Positions 8,655-17,616 are shown, counted from the first letter of the stretch. The stretch is 35,331 nucleotides of DNA from a virus (IMGVR_UViG_3300036805_000138:1-35331); one strand, 5' to 3'. Notes: generated by a model from the letters alone, not told the origin. Numbers and translations: made by a program.

Positions 8655-8987
8655 ATGGCCATTGTTCAAAAGATGGTGGATGACATCGACGGCACTGACG
8701 CGCAGCGTGAGTTTACGTTCGCTGTGGATGGCACCCACTATGCCCTTCACCTGCACGAAGACAACATCAAGGGCTTCCACGCAGCGGTGGATGAGTACGT
8801 AGAGAAGGCTCGCAAGCTCGGCAAACTGCCTTCGGCCAGCAAGGCCAGTCACGCTTCAGGGTCGATGCGTGCCAGTCGTGAGCAGACTGCAGCCATCCGG
8901 GAGTGGGCTCGCAAGGCTGGTTACAACGTCAGTGACCGCGGCCGTATCCCTGCTGAAGTGCAGAAGGCTTTCAGTGAGCTGGCTTAG
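8655..8987 (+). CDS. lsr2: Lsr2 nucleoid-associated protein / xenogeneic silencer
   Basis: VDDIDG...FAVDG..Y.L.L dimerisation domain; [23 protein letters not shown]-binding domain with RGR. Confidence 0.95.
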   Translation: MAIVQKMVDDIDGTDAQREFTFAVDGTHYALHLHEDNIKGFHAAVDEYVEKARKLGKLPSASKASHASGSMRASREQTAAIREWARKAGYNVSDRGRIPAEVQKAFSELA

Positions 8988-9096
8988 GGGCGTCTTGGCC
9001 GCGGTGTTCGTGGCCGGCGCGCTGGCAGTCGGTGCTGCGTCGTTCGTCGCTCCCCAGGACCCCTGCACCGAGTTCACCTGTGGTGGGGTCGTCTGA
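8974..9096 (+). CDS. 40-aa secreted/membrane peptide [40 protein letters not shown]
   Basis: GTG after GAAGG, overlaps the lsr2 end, signal-peptide-like, followed by the terminator. Confidence 0.5.
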   Translation: MSWLRGVLAAVFVAGALAVGAASFVAPQDPCTEFTCGGVV

Positions 9097-9123
9097 TAGC
9101 TTCATCCCGTCAGTTTCACTGCG

Positions 9124-9156
9124 AAGAGCCCAGGACGTACGGGTCCTGGGCTTCTT
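9124..9156. terminator. bidirectional terminator between the convergent arms
   Basis: 10-bp stem AGCCCAGGAC/GTCCTGGGCT flanked by AAG and TCTT, at the point where both strands converge. Confidence 0.7.
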
Positions 9157-9289
9157 ACGTCACTAACCACACATAACGACACCAAACGTCGGGACAAACA
9201 AGCTCAACAGGTCTGACGTCAAGCCATCGGACATCGATCCAATACCTGTTTTTGCACTGTGGGTAGATGGCCTCACAGTCAGTATTCAC
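9155..9289 (-). CDS. 44-aa zinc-ribbon-like protein (MNTDCEAIYPQC...CPDVWC)
   Basis: GTGA coupling; stop abuts the terminator. Confidence 0.45.
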   Translation of the reverse strand: MNTDCEAIYPQCKNRYWIDVRWLDVRPVELVCPDVWCRYVWLVT

Positions 9290-9441
9290 CAGCCCCAGCC
9301 GGTCGACGCGGGCGGCTGGGGTCCTGGTCCGTTGGGTGTGCCGTAGTCAGGCCCTCCGTAGTACGGACCGCCGCTAGGTGGTACCGGATGGCCGTCAGTA
9401 GGTAGTGGTAGCGCTGAGGTGAAGATCTCTGAGATGGTCAT
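9286..9441 (-). CDS. 51-aa Pro/Gly-rich peptide (MTISEIFTSA...STGWGW)
   Basis: ATGA overlap with the amidase stop and GTGA overlap downstream. Confidence 0.45.
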   Translation of the reverse strand: MTISEIFTSALPLPTDGHPVPPSGGPYYGGPDYGTPNGPGPQPPASTGWGW

Positions 9442-9971
9442 GACTGACTCAAGATCCTTCGGTAGAGGTCGTCCGGACTGATCAGATTAGCCGCTCTAGC
9501 ACCAGCGTCGACACAGATGCCAGCGTAGCTGTAGCAGTCGGCGACCAGCGCTGAGCACACCCGCCAATTGTCCTGCTGAAACACCTTGTCGAGCTGTGAT
9601 TCAGTGCGCAACTTCATGATCTCCAGTGTGAAACCGATGTACGAAGCGTAGTCATACGGAGTGCCGACCATCGCTTGAGCCTTGGCGATGATCGACAGCC
9701 GCTGATCATCACTGAGTGATTCATGGATGTTCCACACTGCGTCAGGGTGGCTGTCTGCTGATACTGTTCGAGCTACCAGCGTGTGTCCCTCAACTATCTG
9801 GCCGTTACCAATGTAGACGAAAGCATGGCCTGACCATGAGTTAGTTGCATGGCGCACCAGTTCCCCGACGATGCCGACACCATGACTCACCCCGTAGCAG
9901 CCAGGCGCCACTACAGAACCATCACGGGCGATGTAAGGCGCCAGCTCGGACAGCACAACTGGTGAGATCAC
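9438..9971 (-). CDS. permuted papain-like NlpC/P60 (YiiX/YebB-like) amidase
   Basis: WSGHAFVYIG.GQIVE, AQAMVGTPYDY, CSALVADCY, ISPDDL. Confidence 0.8.
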   Translation of the reverse strand: MISPVVLSELAPYIARDGSVVAPGCYGVSHGVGIVGELVRHATNSWSGHAFVYIGNGQIVEGHTLVARTVSADSHPDAVWNIHESLSDDQRLSIIAKAQAMVGTPYDYASYIGFTLEIMKLRTESQLDKVFQQDNWRVCSALVADCYSYAGICVDAGARAANLISPDDLYRRILSQS

Positions 9972-10114
9972 CGCAGCGCACTTACGACAGCATCGCCACC
10001 GTTTGGCGGGTTAGGGCAGAAGCCAGGTGTGTCACCGCACATCGTCATACTTCCGATCGCGAGCCCACTGGTGATCACAAGTGTCAGCACTGCCGCTACC
10101 ACGGTATGTCTCAT
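9968..10114 (-). CDS. 48-aa secreted/membrane peptide MRHTVVAAVLTLVITSGLAIGSMTMCGDTPGFCPNPPNGGDAVVSALR
   Basis: Fills the intergenic gap, GTGA-coupled to the amidase, signal-peptide-like. Confidence 0.5.
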   Translation of the reverse strand: MRHTVVAAVLTLVITSGLAIGSMTMCGDTPGFCPNPPNGGDAVVSALR

Positions 10115-10123
10115 GCCATCAGG

Positions 10124-10483
10124 CTACGTCGCTGTTGGGTCGTTAGGCTCGTCTGCAGTAACAGGCGGCACGAGCGGCTGGTACTTCGCGGTGTTGGGCT
10201 CTGGTGGTGCCGGGATCTGGCCACCTTGAAAGATCTTGTCTGACCGCGGTGGCTCTACGGGTGGCGACACGATCGGCACTCCAGGCGTGGCTTTCGGTTC
10301 AACCGGCAACACACCAGGGGTATCTGATGCTGTGTTAGGGACAAAGAACACTGACAACGGAGTGAGCACCGCAGCGGCAACGATCGCCCACGCTGGCAGG
10401 TGATGCTGAAAGGGAGCAGCGCCGAGTACTGCGGTAGCCGCTGCAAAGACAGTGGCAACGATTGTCTTGTCATAGGGAGTCAT
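10124..10483 (-). CDS. holin-like protein (2 TM + Pro-rich tail)
   Basis: TGATG coupling with the endolysin stop (start revised from 10546); ends its TM region with VFFVPN. Confidence 0.6.
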   Translation of the reverse strand: MTPYDKTIVATVFAAATAVLGAAPFQHHLPAWAIVAAAVLTPLSVFFVPNTASDTPGVLPVEPKATPGVPIVSPPVEPPRSDKIFQGGQIPAPPEPNTAKYQPLVPPVTADEPNDPTAT

Positions 10484-11451
10484 CAGACGGTTGCTCTCGT
10501 TTCGAGACACAGCGTGGCGCCCTCTGGGCATGACGTCAGATCCCAAGTAATCACTAAGTGCGTAGTGCCATCTTTGACCTCTTGAAATACTCGTGATGTG
10601 AGGTTGTCTTTATTCGGCGTCAGCACCTTGTCGTCCCAGGTCCAAGCATTGATGCCGGCAGTGTCGCTCTGTGCATAGACGTCTATCTGACCAGCACCAG
10701 TCATCGCTACTGTTGATGCCGAAAGCCAAGCGAGTCGTCGGTCTGCTGACACTGATCCGGTAGGGCAAATGATAACCTTGCGGCCTTGCCCGCTGATAAA
10801 CCATTGCTGCATGTTGTCATCCTCCTGGGAGGGTTTCGATACTACAGAAAATACCGCACAGAATGTTTCGATGTCATAGCCGTCAGCGCTGTTGACGTCA
10901 TCATTGCCGAATGGTGGCACGTAGATCGGACCACCGCTGGTGCCGTCAGTGAACTGGTGACCTATTTTGTTCGGATATGCGGGATTGACACCATAGCCAG
11001 CGATAATCAGTTTCATGTTGTCCGGTTTGTTCAGCCACAGTGAATTGAGATCACTAGTATTGCCGTAACCGATGACCCGTGCTGGATCACCGATCCACTC
11101 AGCCAAGCCAGCAGCCAATCCGTTGATGCTGGCTGAGTGGTCACCCGTGATCTCACCGCCCCAAGACTCGACATCGATCATGATGACTGCCTTGTCGTGT
11201 GGCGGGACGATCAAGCTCTGAATCGTGGCGAGGCCGTCTTGCCAGTTCGGCCGGTACACCATGTAGATGATCAGCAGCCGCAGCTTGCCGGATTCCAGAG
11301 CCTGACGTGCCCACGCATAGTTCTCTACGAACTTTCGATCTTTGTAGGTGCCGTCATTAGCTCGGATAGCGAGCACCTGATAGGGGTAGGTGTCATCGAC
11401 AGCACACTGAAATTCTGACACATCTGACCACAGAACGTCAGACATCGTCAC
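10483..11451 (-). CDS. endolysin, GH25-like muramidase with C-terminal domain
   Basis: WSDVSEFQ, IRANDGT..D, MIDVESWGG, IGYGN..DL, HQFTDG, PPFG..DVNSADG; SD GGAGG. Confidence 0.8.
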   Translation of the reverse strand: MTMSDVLWSDVSEFQCAVDDTYPYQVLAIRANDGTYKDRKFVENYAWARQALESGKLRLLIIYMVYRPNWQDGLATIQSLIVPPHDKAVIMIDVESWGGEITGDHSASINGLAAGLAEWIGDPARVIGYGNTSDLNSLWLNKPDNMKLIIAGYGVNPAYPNKIGHQFTDGTSGGPIYVPPFGNDDVNSADGYDIETFCAVFSVVSKPSQEDDNMQQWFISGQGRKVIICPTGSVSADRRLAWLSASTVAMTGAGQIDVYAQSDTAGINAWTWDDKVLTPNKDNLTSRVFQEVKDGTTHLVITWDLTSCPEGATLCLETRATV

Positions 11452-11460
11452 CCTCCGTAG

Positions 11461-11514
11461 AACGAAAGAAAGCGCGGGGCCAATGCCTCACTAAGAGAGA
11501 CACCGACCCCGCGC
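11461..11514 (-). terminator. strong intrinsic terminator upstream of the endolysin
   Basis: Minus-strand RNA GCGCGGGGUCGGUGUCUC-loop-GAGGCAUUGGCCCCGCGC-UUUCUUUC; 18-bp stem that is complete only with G-U pairs on this strand. Confidence 0.8.
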
Positions 11515-11528
11515 ACAGTAGTACTGAG

Positions 11529-11945
11529 TTAAGAGGTAGCCGGCGCTCCTGGTGCCTGTGTGCCAGTGACATCAGCCTCTGGTGTAGTGCTGCCTGCGTC
11601 AGGAGTAGTCCCTGCCGCTTCAGTGCCCGCGGCAGGAGGAGGCGCTGCAGCGCCAGTATCCGGCGTGGGGTTGGCCAGCGTCTGCAGCTGGTCGGCCAGT
11701 GGCTTCAGCCGAGCTACCACGCTGTTCTCTGTGTCGGCTTTGGCCGTGAGATCAGCCTGATGCTCAGCAGTGAGCTTCGTAATAGCGTCTTCGAGTTCGG
11801 TCACCAGGTCATCCACAGCGGACATTGTCGCCTTCCATGAGACTAGTGCGGCTTGCATTTCAATGAGCAATTCAGTGAGATTGTCGATCTGCGGTGTGAT
11901 ATCAGGTGTAGGTGCTACTGGAGTTGACCTAGTGAACGGCCACAT
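11529..11945 (-). CDS. coiled-coil protein with low-complexity tail (lysis region)
   Basis: Heptad pattern; coupled to the upstream gene. Confidence 0.6.
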   Translation of the reverse strand: MWPFTRSTPVAPTPDITPQIDNLTELLIEMQAALVSWKATMSAVDDLVTELEDAITKLTAEHQADLTAKADTENSVVARLKPLADQLQTLANPTPDTGAAAPPPAAGTEAAGTTPDAGSTTPEADVTGTQAPGAPATS

Positions 11946-12274
11946 CAGAGAATGTTGCCGACAAGATTCTTCAGCGAGTCCACTGCATTAGCTGGTGCTT
12001 TGAGGATAGTGCTGATAGTGGACACCGGAGTCACCAGCGGAGTCGCCTGCACAGCGACAGTCTTAGCACCAATGAACACCATCACACCAGCTACCACAGG
12101 AGGCAGGAGCTTCAGCAAGCCCACCAGCGCGCCACCCTTGGGTGCAAGAGCTTTGGGAACCAAGCCACTACCCAGTGCAGCGGTGAGAACGGTCGTAGCG
12201 ATGCCGACACCAACGCCGACGATGTTGGCGATGTCATGAACAGGGTGTGTGGTAGTTGGATCGGGAGCAGTCAT
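11945..12274 (-). CDS. holin-like membrane protein
   Basis: Two TMs, A..VTPV motif, SD GAGGAG. Confidence 0.6.
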   Translation of the reverse strand: MTAPDPTTTHPVHDIANIVGVGVGIATTVLTAALGSGLVPKALAPKGGALVGLLKLLPPVVAGVMVFIGAKTVAVQATPLVTPVSTISTILKAPANAVDSLKNLVGNIL

Positions 12275-12963
12275 GCGGATCTCCTCTTGAGGTTACCGAT
12301 TTTGGTGTGCCGCGGTAGCGACAGTCTGTGAGCATTACGGATCGTAAAGCAATCAACAATCGCACAAGGAATGCCGGCCAGTGCGATGAGCCATCCTACT
12401 ATGAGAGTGATTTCAATAGCTAGTAATGCTATCTCGCTATGCGCGACGTAAAGTAACTCCAGTGGGCTTGCTATCAGTAGTGTGATCGCCAGTGCGTCAA
12501 GAATGTACAACCACCAGATCAACCGAATAGGCCGAGCAGCGAGTTTCGGTGCAACCCGGCGTGCGGTGTAGTCTTCAACATCAACGTCAGCGACGAACCC
12601 GAGTGTGCAGATCGCTAGTACTTCATACTCGTCTCGGACGACGACATCCCACTCCCAGTACCGGCCTTCCTGACTGATGCACTCTGCGGTCACGGTCACC
12701 ACAGAGCCTCGAACGGCCGGCGCGAGGTGTTCGATGGTCTGCTTGACACCCAGTGACACACCCGGCAGTGCTGGCATCACGGCCAGCTCGCACAGTCGCA
12801 GTAGCCACGCGGTTGCGAGGATGTGGGGCTTCCACCGTGACTTACCCAGGCAGCGGTAGCCGGTCGACGCGAGGTGGTTGCGTCGGACCCGGCAGCGCAC
12901 CACACGCCGTGTGCCGGCCGCGCTAGGTAGCTGGACTGTGGCTTCGGGGAGGTAGGTAGTCAC
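12271..12963 (-). CDS. hot-dog fold thioesterase (FlK-like) fused to two TM helices
   Basis: ILATAWLLRLCELA, SLGV...IEHLAPA..G..VTVTA; hydrophobic C-terminus. Confidence 0.7.
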   Translation of the reverse strand: MTTYLPEATVQLPSAAGTRRVVRCRVRRNHLASTGYRCLGKSRWKPHILATAWLLRLCELAVMPALPGVSLGVKQTIEHLAPAVRGSVVTVTAECISQEGRYWEWDVVVRDEYEVLAICTLGFVADVDVEDYTARRVAPKLAARPIRLIWWLYILDALAITLLIASPLELLYVAHSEIALLAIEITLIVGWLIALAGIPCAIVDCFTIRNAHRLSLPRHTKIGNLKRRSA

Positions 12964-13005
12964 CGAGCTATCTAACGAGTCAGCGCCACGACAGGCAACG
13001 CCGGG

Positions 13006-13440
13006 TCATGAAGAGATCTTCAAAGTGATCTGGTCGCGTGGGCACAAGACCGTACCGGGTGTCGGAGATTGGCCCACCACCACACCGGCAGGCGCACCAG
13101 CGACGAACGCGGGCTCTGTAACGACGTTGAAGAACCCTGCTGAGGTCAGGAAGCTGCGCGCATCAGCCTCAGACCGTACGACGCTGGCGACATTCGGCAG
13201 GTTCTTGGAGTTGCGGCACGACGAGCTGGCCGGTGTCGTGCTCAAGGTCGGCAGGAAAATTCCGACACCGATCAACGCAAGCCCGACAACCGCAGCTGCG
13301 CACCTGCCCCACAGTGGGACACTCGGTATCGTCACTTCTTTGGCGGTGATGCCGCCCCCGATGACAGCAACAAACAGGAAGACCAGGCCAGCGATCAGCT
13401 CAAGCACTTGTGGTGTTGGGATGCTCATTTGACTAGGCAA
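13006..13440 (-). CDS. membrane protein with C-terminal PASTA domain
   Basis: Two TMs, then LPNV...ADARSFL..AGF...GVVVGQSPTPGT....QITL.IS. Confidence 0.75.
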   Translation of the reverse strand: MPSQMSIPTPQVLELIAGLVFLFVAVIGGGITAKEVTIPSVPLWGRCAAAVVGLALIGVGIFLPTLSTTPASSSCRNSKNLPNVASVVRSEADARSFLTSAGFFNVVTEPAFVAGAPAGVVVGQSPTPGTVLCPRDQITLKISS

Positions 13441-13808
13441 TGCGCGTTCGGTAGCTGAGCTTGCTGAAGCGCATTTGCATAAACGTCCAGTGCGGTTTCA
13501 TAGTCAGCGACACTCGCCTCGTAGTTTGCTAGTGCTTGTGTCTTGGTCAGGTTTTTAGGCGAGTTCGGCGCGTCAGAGAGAATAAGAATTAGATTATAGC
13601 GGTCAATAACGGCTTGCTTATTGCTCACTGTGACAGCGAGCGACGCAGCATCTCTGGACTTCAGAGCCAAGATAGTGTCTTCTACAGCCTGACCGCCACA
13701 CATGACATAACGAGTTTGTGATTCATTATACGCAGCGGTGTAAAACACAGAGCAGATCGCCAGCAGGATGACAATAGCGCCGAGGATCTGTGCTCTATAT
13801 TTTATCAT
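13425..13808 (-). CDS. single-TM coiled-coil protein, paralog of 14132..14545
   Basis: TM, C...RD.A, ALD.YANAL, LP...C. Confidence 0.7.
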   Translation of the reverse strand: MIKYRAQILGAIVILLAICSVFYTAAYNESQTRYVMCGGQAVEDTILALKSRDAASLAVTVSNKQAVIDRYNLILILSDAPNSPKNLTKTQALANYEASVADYETALDVYANALQQAQLPNAHCLVK

Positions 13809-13880
13809 CGCGCACCGTGATCACCGCGCGTCCCGTATAGCCGATGAGAAAACCGCCGACAGCCCACACAAGACTCATCA

Positions 13881-14135
13881 TCATTTAGCGGCTTCCTTGC
13901 TGTTTGTGCTCGGTTTCTTGCTCAACGCCAACGCACCTCCGACGACAGCACCGAACACGCCATTGATAGAAGAGTCAGGCTGATAGCCATGAATAACAAA
14001 CTGAGCAAAGAAATTAGCAGCCCATACGAGCGAGATCAATACGACAATAACATTCGACAGTGACTTAGGGATCACGGACTCGCGCCTTCCGAGTTGAGAG
14101 GATGGTGCGGCCCCCAGATGTGTGATCATAGTCAT
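13881..14135 (-). CDS. small two-TM holin-like protein
   Basis: Two hydrophobic segments and a basic tail; ATGA coupling at 14135. Confidence 0.6.
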   Translation of the reverse strand: MTMITHLGAAPSSQLGRRESVIPKSLSNVIVVLISLVWAANFFAQFVIHGYQPDSSINGVFGAVVGGALALSKKPSTNSKEAAK

Positions 14136-14545
14136 CTCGCTTGAGATATGCATTGGTTTACTGGGAGTGGGTTGCTGTGTACCGCATCCTGACTAGCGCT
14201 CAAAGCATTGACATAATTGTCTAATGCTACATTAAACTTGTTAATCGCTGCTTGATCTATCTCACGTTTATTAGCAAGCTGAGCATCAGTTTTAGAGTCA
14301 TCTTTCGCGACTGTCGCTGTAAGATCACGTAGACTAGCCCATACGCCCTTGCTGGCGTTCCGCGCATTGTTATTAGCTATATCACGAGTACGGAATGCTT
14401 CAGTCACTGCTTGAGCATAGTCACGCGAACATCCTACTTCGTGCGACAGTCGAACATTGTTAACCGATAAAACGATAGCCAAGAGCATGAGAATGCCACC
14501 GACAGCTACTCGCAGCACCCCGTAAGCCTGATGTCGCGAGATCAC
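14132..14545 (-). CDS. single-TM coiled-coil protein, paralog of 13425..13808
   Basis: TM, C...RD.A, ALDNYVNAL, LP...C; SD GGAGG. Confidence 0.7.
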   Translation of the reverse strand: MISRHQAYGVLRVAVGGILMLLAIVLSVNNVRLSHEVGCSRDYAQAVTEAFRTRDIANNNARNASKGVWASLRDLTATVAKDDSKTDAQLANKREIDQAAINKFNVALDNYVNALSASQDAVHSNPLPVNQCISQAR

Positions 14546-17500
14546 TAAATAACCTCCGTGTCACCTTGAGTCATACCTGATACGTCGGTGTCTCCGACTG
14601 CCGTGCCACTCAATGCTGTATCGCCTGCTGTTGAGCTGCTGACCAGCACGGTGTCTTGACTGAGCTGCGTCAGAGCCACCGCACCCACCGCAACGGTGTA
14701 GGTCAGTGTGATCGATCCGACTTGTGGTGGCCATGGTGGTGGGGTGTAGACCGTCGCTGCCAGGACAGCGCTGGCCAGCGTGAGTACTGAGACATCAGCG
14801 AATTTCAGTTGCCGAGCTGCCAGCAGTGCTGAGCTGGTGGTGGTCGCTGTCAGCGCCGCGGTATCGGACCGGTGTGCCAGCGCGAGTACCGATGTGCTGG
14901 TCGATGCGCTGACTGACGCAGTGTCAGTGCGAGTAGCGGTAACCAGGGCTACGGCAGTGGTCGAACTGGCCAGTGCAGTGGTATCGGTGCGGTGTGCGGC
15001 CAGCGTGGCTGAGCTGGTCGTTGCGGCACTGACCGTGCCAACGCCGCCGACCACAGCGGAGACAGCAGCGCCGGCAGTCGTCGTGCTGGCCAGCGCGGCA
15101 ACATCTGTCCGTGTTGCTGTCAGAGTCGCTGTGCTGGTTGTCGCCGAGCTAACCGCACCAGTCTGAGTTCGGGTGCTGGTAACCGTGCTAGCCGCAGTGG
15201 TGGTGCTGGCCAGCGCTGCGCTGTCAGTTCGGGTAGCGGTAACCAGAGCGGTGCTGGCCGCGCTGCCGGTAGCCGCACCAGGCCCTACCGCCAGAGCGGA
15301 AACACTGGCGCCGGCCGTCGTAGTAGAACTGACTGAGACAACGAAAGCAGCGCTGACGGCTGCAGCGCTGGTAGTCGCAGCAGTGACCGCAGCGGTGTCA
15401 ACCCGAGTCGCGGTGACTGTGCTAGCTGCAGTAGTCGAGCTGGTCAGCGCAGTGGTGTCGGTCCGGCTCGCTGTAATCGCTGCACTGTCGGTTGTTGCGC
15501 TGGTCAGTGCTGCGCTATCGGTACGAGTCGCAGTGACCGACGCATTAGCTGTTGTTGAGGTGACGACAGTAGTCGTGACCGCGAGGACTTCGACCGCGAC
15601 GATCGAATAAGTCTGAGTAGGAGTAGTAAGTCCTACTGTCTTCGATCCTGCTGAGCTAGCGTCAGCGTGGAACCCACCATAGACAGTGTATTTAGTGGAA
15701 AGGAAGTTGTAGGTTTCTTCAGTGAATGCCCCAGCGCCAGTACGCCATACCCGAGACGTACCGTCAGCAGCATTAAAGTCGGCGTCGAACACCACCACAG
15801 CAGAATGCGCGGCTGTTGTTGTGATGGCGAGTGTCGGTGCGGCTGAAGCCCCATTGCCTATCGCTGTGTTCCCGATGCCAATAGACGACGAGAACCGATA
15901 GACAGTGAAGCCCCACTCTTTCGTACCGCCTGCGTGTGCGATAGAGAAAGTAAATGTCTCTGCAGTTGTCGCGGTCGCAGTCCACGCATAGAGCGTATTG
16001 CGACCCGTGACATTGACCATGGACTGCTGCAGAGTCCAAGTAAGGCTGGTACCACCAGTCGGTGTTGAGATGGTCTCAGTCGTGAAACAGGTGGCGAAAG
16101 CGACTAATACGTCTCCGACAGCAGTAGTGACAGAGACTGTCTTCGGAGTCGTGGTAGTCGTCCACGAGCCTTCGTATTTAGTGTTGAAGACTGGAGCTAC
16201 AGGAGCTGCCGAAGCCCCGGTGACTGTGGCGCTGACTGTCGTTGCTGAGGTCAACGCTGCGTTGTCAGTACGAGCTGCCGCAACTGAGCTGCCTGCGGTG
16301 CTCGTGCCGGTCAGTGCGGCACTGTCAGCTCGGGCTGCCAGTGTCACGGCAGCCGCGGTGCTCGTGCTGGTCAGAGCTGCTGTGTCAGTCCGGCTCGCTG
16401 CTGAAGTGAACCCAGCAGTAGTAGTCGGGCTGGTAATTGCCGGCCCTACAGGAGTCGCTGAGACGCTGGCAGCAGCAGTCGTGGTCGTACTGACGGCTAC
16501 GGCATAGACCGCGGTGACTGTCGCGCTAGCTGTCGTGGTTGCGCTGAGCCCAGCAGTGTCCGTGCGTGCTGCGGTGATCGAAGCAGCTGCAGTGCTGGTA
16601 CTGGTCAGGCTGGCGGTGTCGGTACGTGACGCTGCTGAGGTGAATCCGGCAGTAGTAGCGGCAGTGACTGAAGCTGGATTGATAGCAGTTGCAGCAACTG
16701 ATGCACTAACCGTGCTGCTGGAGGTAAGCGCGGCGCTATCACTGCGCGCCCCGACAACACTAGACGAGGCTGTGATCGGAGCACTGATGTCAGCTGCGTT
16801 TGAAACAGACGCGACAACACTGCTAGCCGCAGTCGTAGCAGCAGCAATATCAGCAGTGACAGGAGGCGCTGGCGGAACAAACGGTAGAATCTCTAGCGCG
16901 ACTATATTGCTGAAATCCGAAGCGCCCCAGGTACCACCTAGAGTGGTTGCGCCAGGGTTAGTAGTGCGCGCAGCAGCTTTCCACGCGGTGATGTGCACAC
17001 CATTGGTGGTGTCGTTGGTGTCACCGCCAGTAAGAAGTGAAGTAGCGCCATTTAGCGTATACGCTGCAGCCGTGGTTGGGTCATCACTGATGCCATAGAC
17101 CTGAGAGTTCGGCGTAGTGGTGGTGATGCTGACGGTGCCGGTCGTAGTAGAGCTCAGAACAGCGCTGGCAGTCGCCGCACCAGACTGGCTGGTAGCAGCA
17201 TTGTTCAGCACCCGCACAGCCAGCATAGAGCCGCCGGACAGGTTGGTGAACGTTGCGGTAACTGTTATCGCACCAGGCGCGGTAGCTAGATAACAGGTGC
17301 TGATTCTCGCGACACCACCGTTGATGCTGACACCCGTAGCGACGACAGGATTAGTCCAGGTATGGCTGCCTGAGTCGGAGACTGTCACTCCGACTGGCTG
17401 AGTCGAGCCGTAGCCGCCGACTACTAGCACAACCAGCAGCGAGCCGGCAGGAGGTGAGAATGACGCGCTCGTTGCATTACCGTTGGTAGTGCTGGTGACT

Positions 17501-17613
17501 ATCGCAGGTGTCGACGCATCTTCTGCTATTGCAGTAAATATCTGCGGAACAGTTCGCCAGAACGGCGAGTAGTTGAACTGTATCCTGTTGGGCAGACCGC
17601 CGACCCGGCCCAT
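14545..17613 (-). CDS. large Ala/Thr/Ser-rich fibre/adhesin-like virion protein
   Basis: 1022 aa; two beta-rich globular domains separated by ~20-aa repeats (RTDxAALTSxTTAxAxVTA). Confidence 0.7.
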   Translation of the reverse strand: MGRVGGLPNRIQFNYSPFWRTVPQIFTAIAEDASTPAIVTSTTNGNATSASFSPPAGSLLVVLVVGGYGSTQPVGVTVSDSGSHTWTNPVVATGVSINGGVARISTCYLATAPGAITVTATFTNLSGGSMLAVRVLNNAATSQSGAATASAVLSSTTTGTVSITTTTPNSQVYGISDDPTTAAAYTLNGATSLLTGGDTNDTTNGVHITAWKAAARTTNPGATTLGGTWGASDFSNIVALEILPFVPPAPPVTADIAAATTAASSVVASVSNAADISAPITASSSVVGARSDSAALTSSSTVSASVAATAINPASVTAATTAGFTSAASRTDTASLTSTSTAAASITAARTDTAGLSATTTASATVTAVYAVAVSTTTTAAASVSATPVGPAITSPTTTAGFTSAASRTDTAALTSTSTAAAVTLAARADSAALTGTSTAGSSVAAARTDNAALTSATTVSATVTGASAAPVAPVFNTKYEGSWTTTTTPKTVSVTTAVGDVLVAFATCFTTETISTPTGGTSLTWTLQQSMVNVTGRNTLYAWTATATTAETFTFSIAHAGGTKEWGFTVYRFSSSIGIGNTAIGNGASAAPTLAITTTAAHSAVVVFDADFNAADGTSRVWRTGAGAFTEETYNFLSTKYTVYGGFHADASSAGSKTVGLTTPTQTYSIVAVEVLAVTTTVVTSTTANASVTATRTDSAALTSATTDSAAITASRTDTTALTSSTTAASTVTATRVDTAAVTAATTSAAAVSAAFVVSVSSTTTAGASVSALAVGPGAATGSAASTALVTATRTDSAALASTTTAASTVTSTRTQTGAVSSATTSTATLTATRTDVAALASTTTAGAAVSAVVGGVGTVSAATTSSATLAAHRTDTTALASSTTAVALVTATRTDTASVSASTSTSVLALAHRSDTAALTATTTSSALLAARQLKFADVSVLTLASAVLAATVYTPPPWPPQVGSITLTYTVAVGAVALTQLSQDTVLVSSSTAGDTALSGTAVGDTDVSGMTQGDTEVI

Positions 17614-17616
17614 GGG

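Noticed and set aside
14971-14985. CAGTGCAGTGGTATC (also CAGTGCAGG near 18976) as extra promoter copies
   Set aside because: Inside coding sequence, wrong spacing, no downstream AT-rich gene
14780-17098. Long Val/Ala-rich + strand ORFs
   Set aside because: Antisense shadows of the repetitive Thr/Ala/Ser fibre gene
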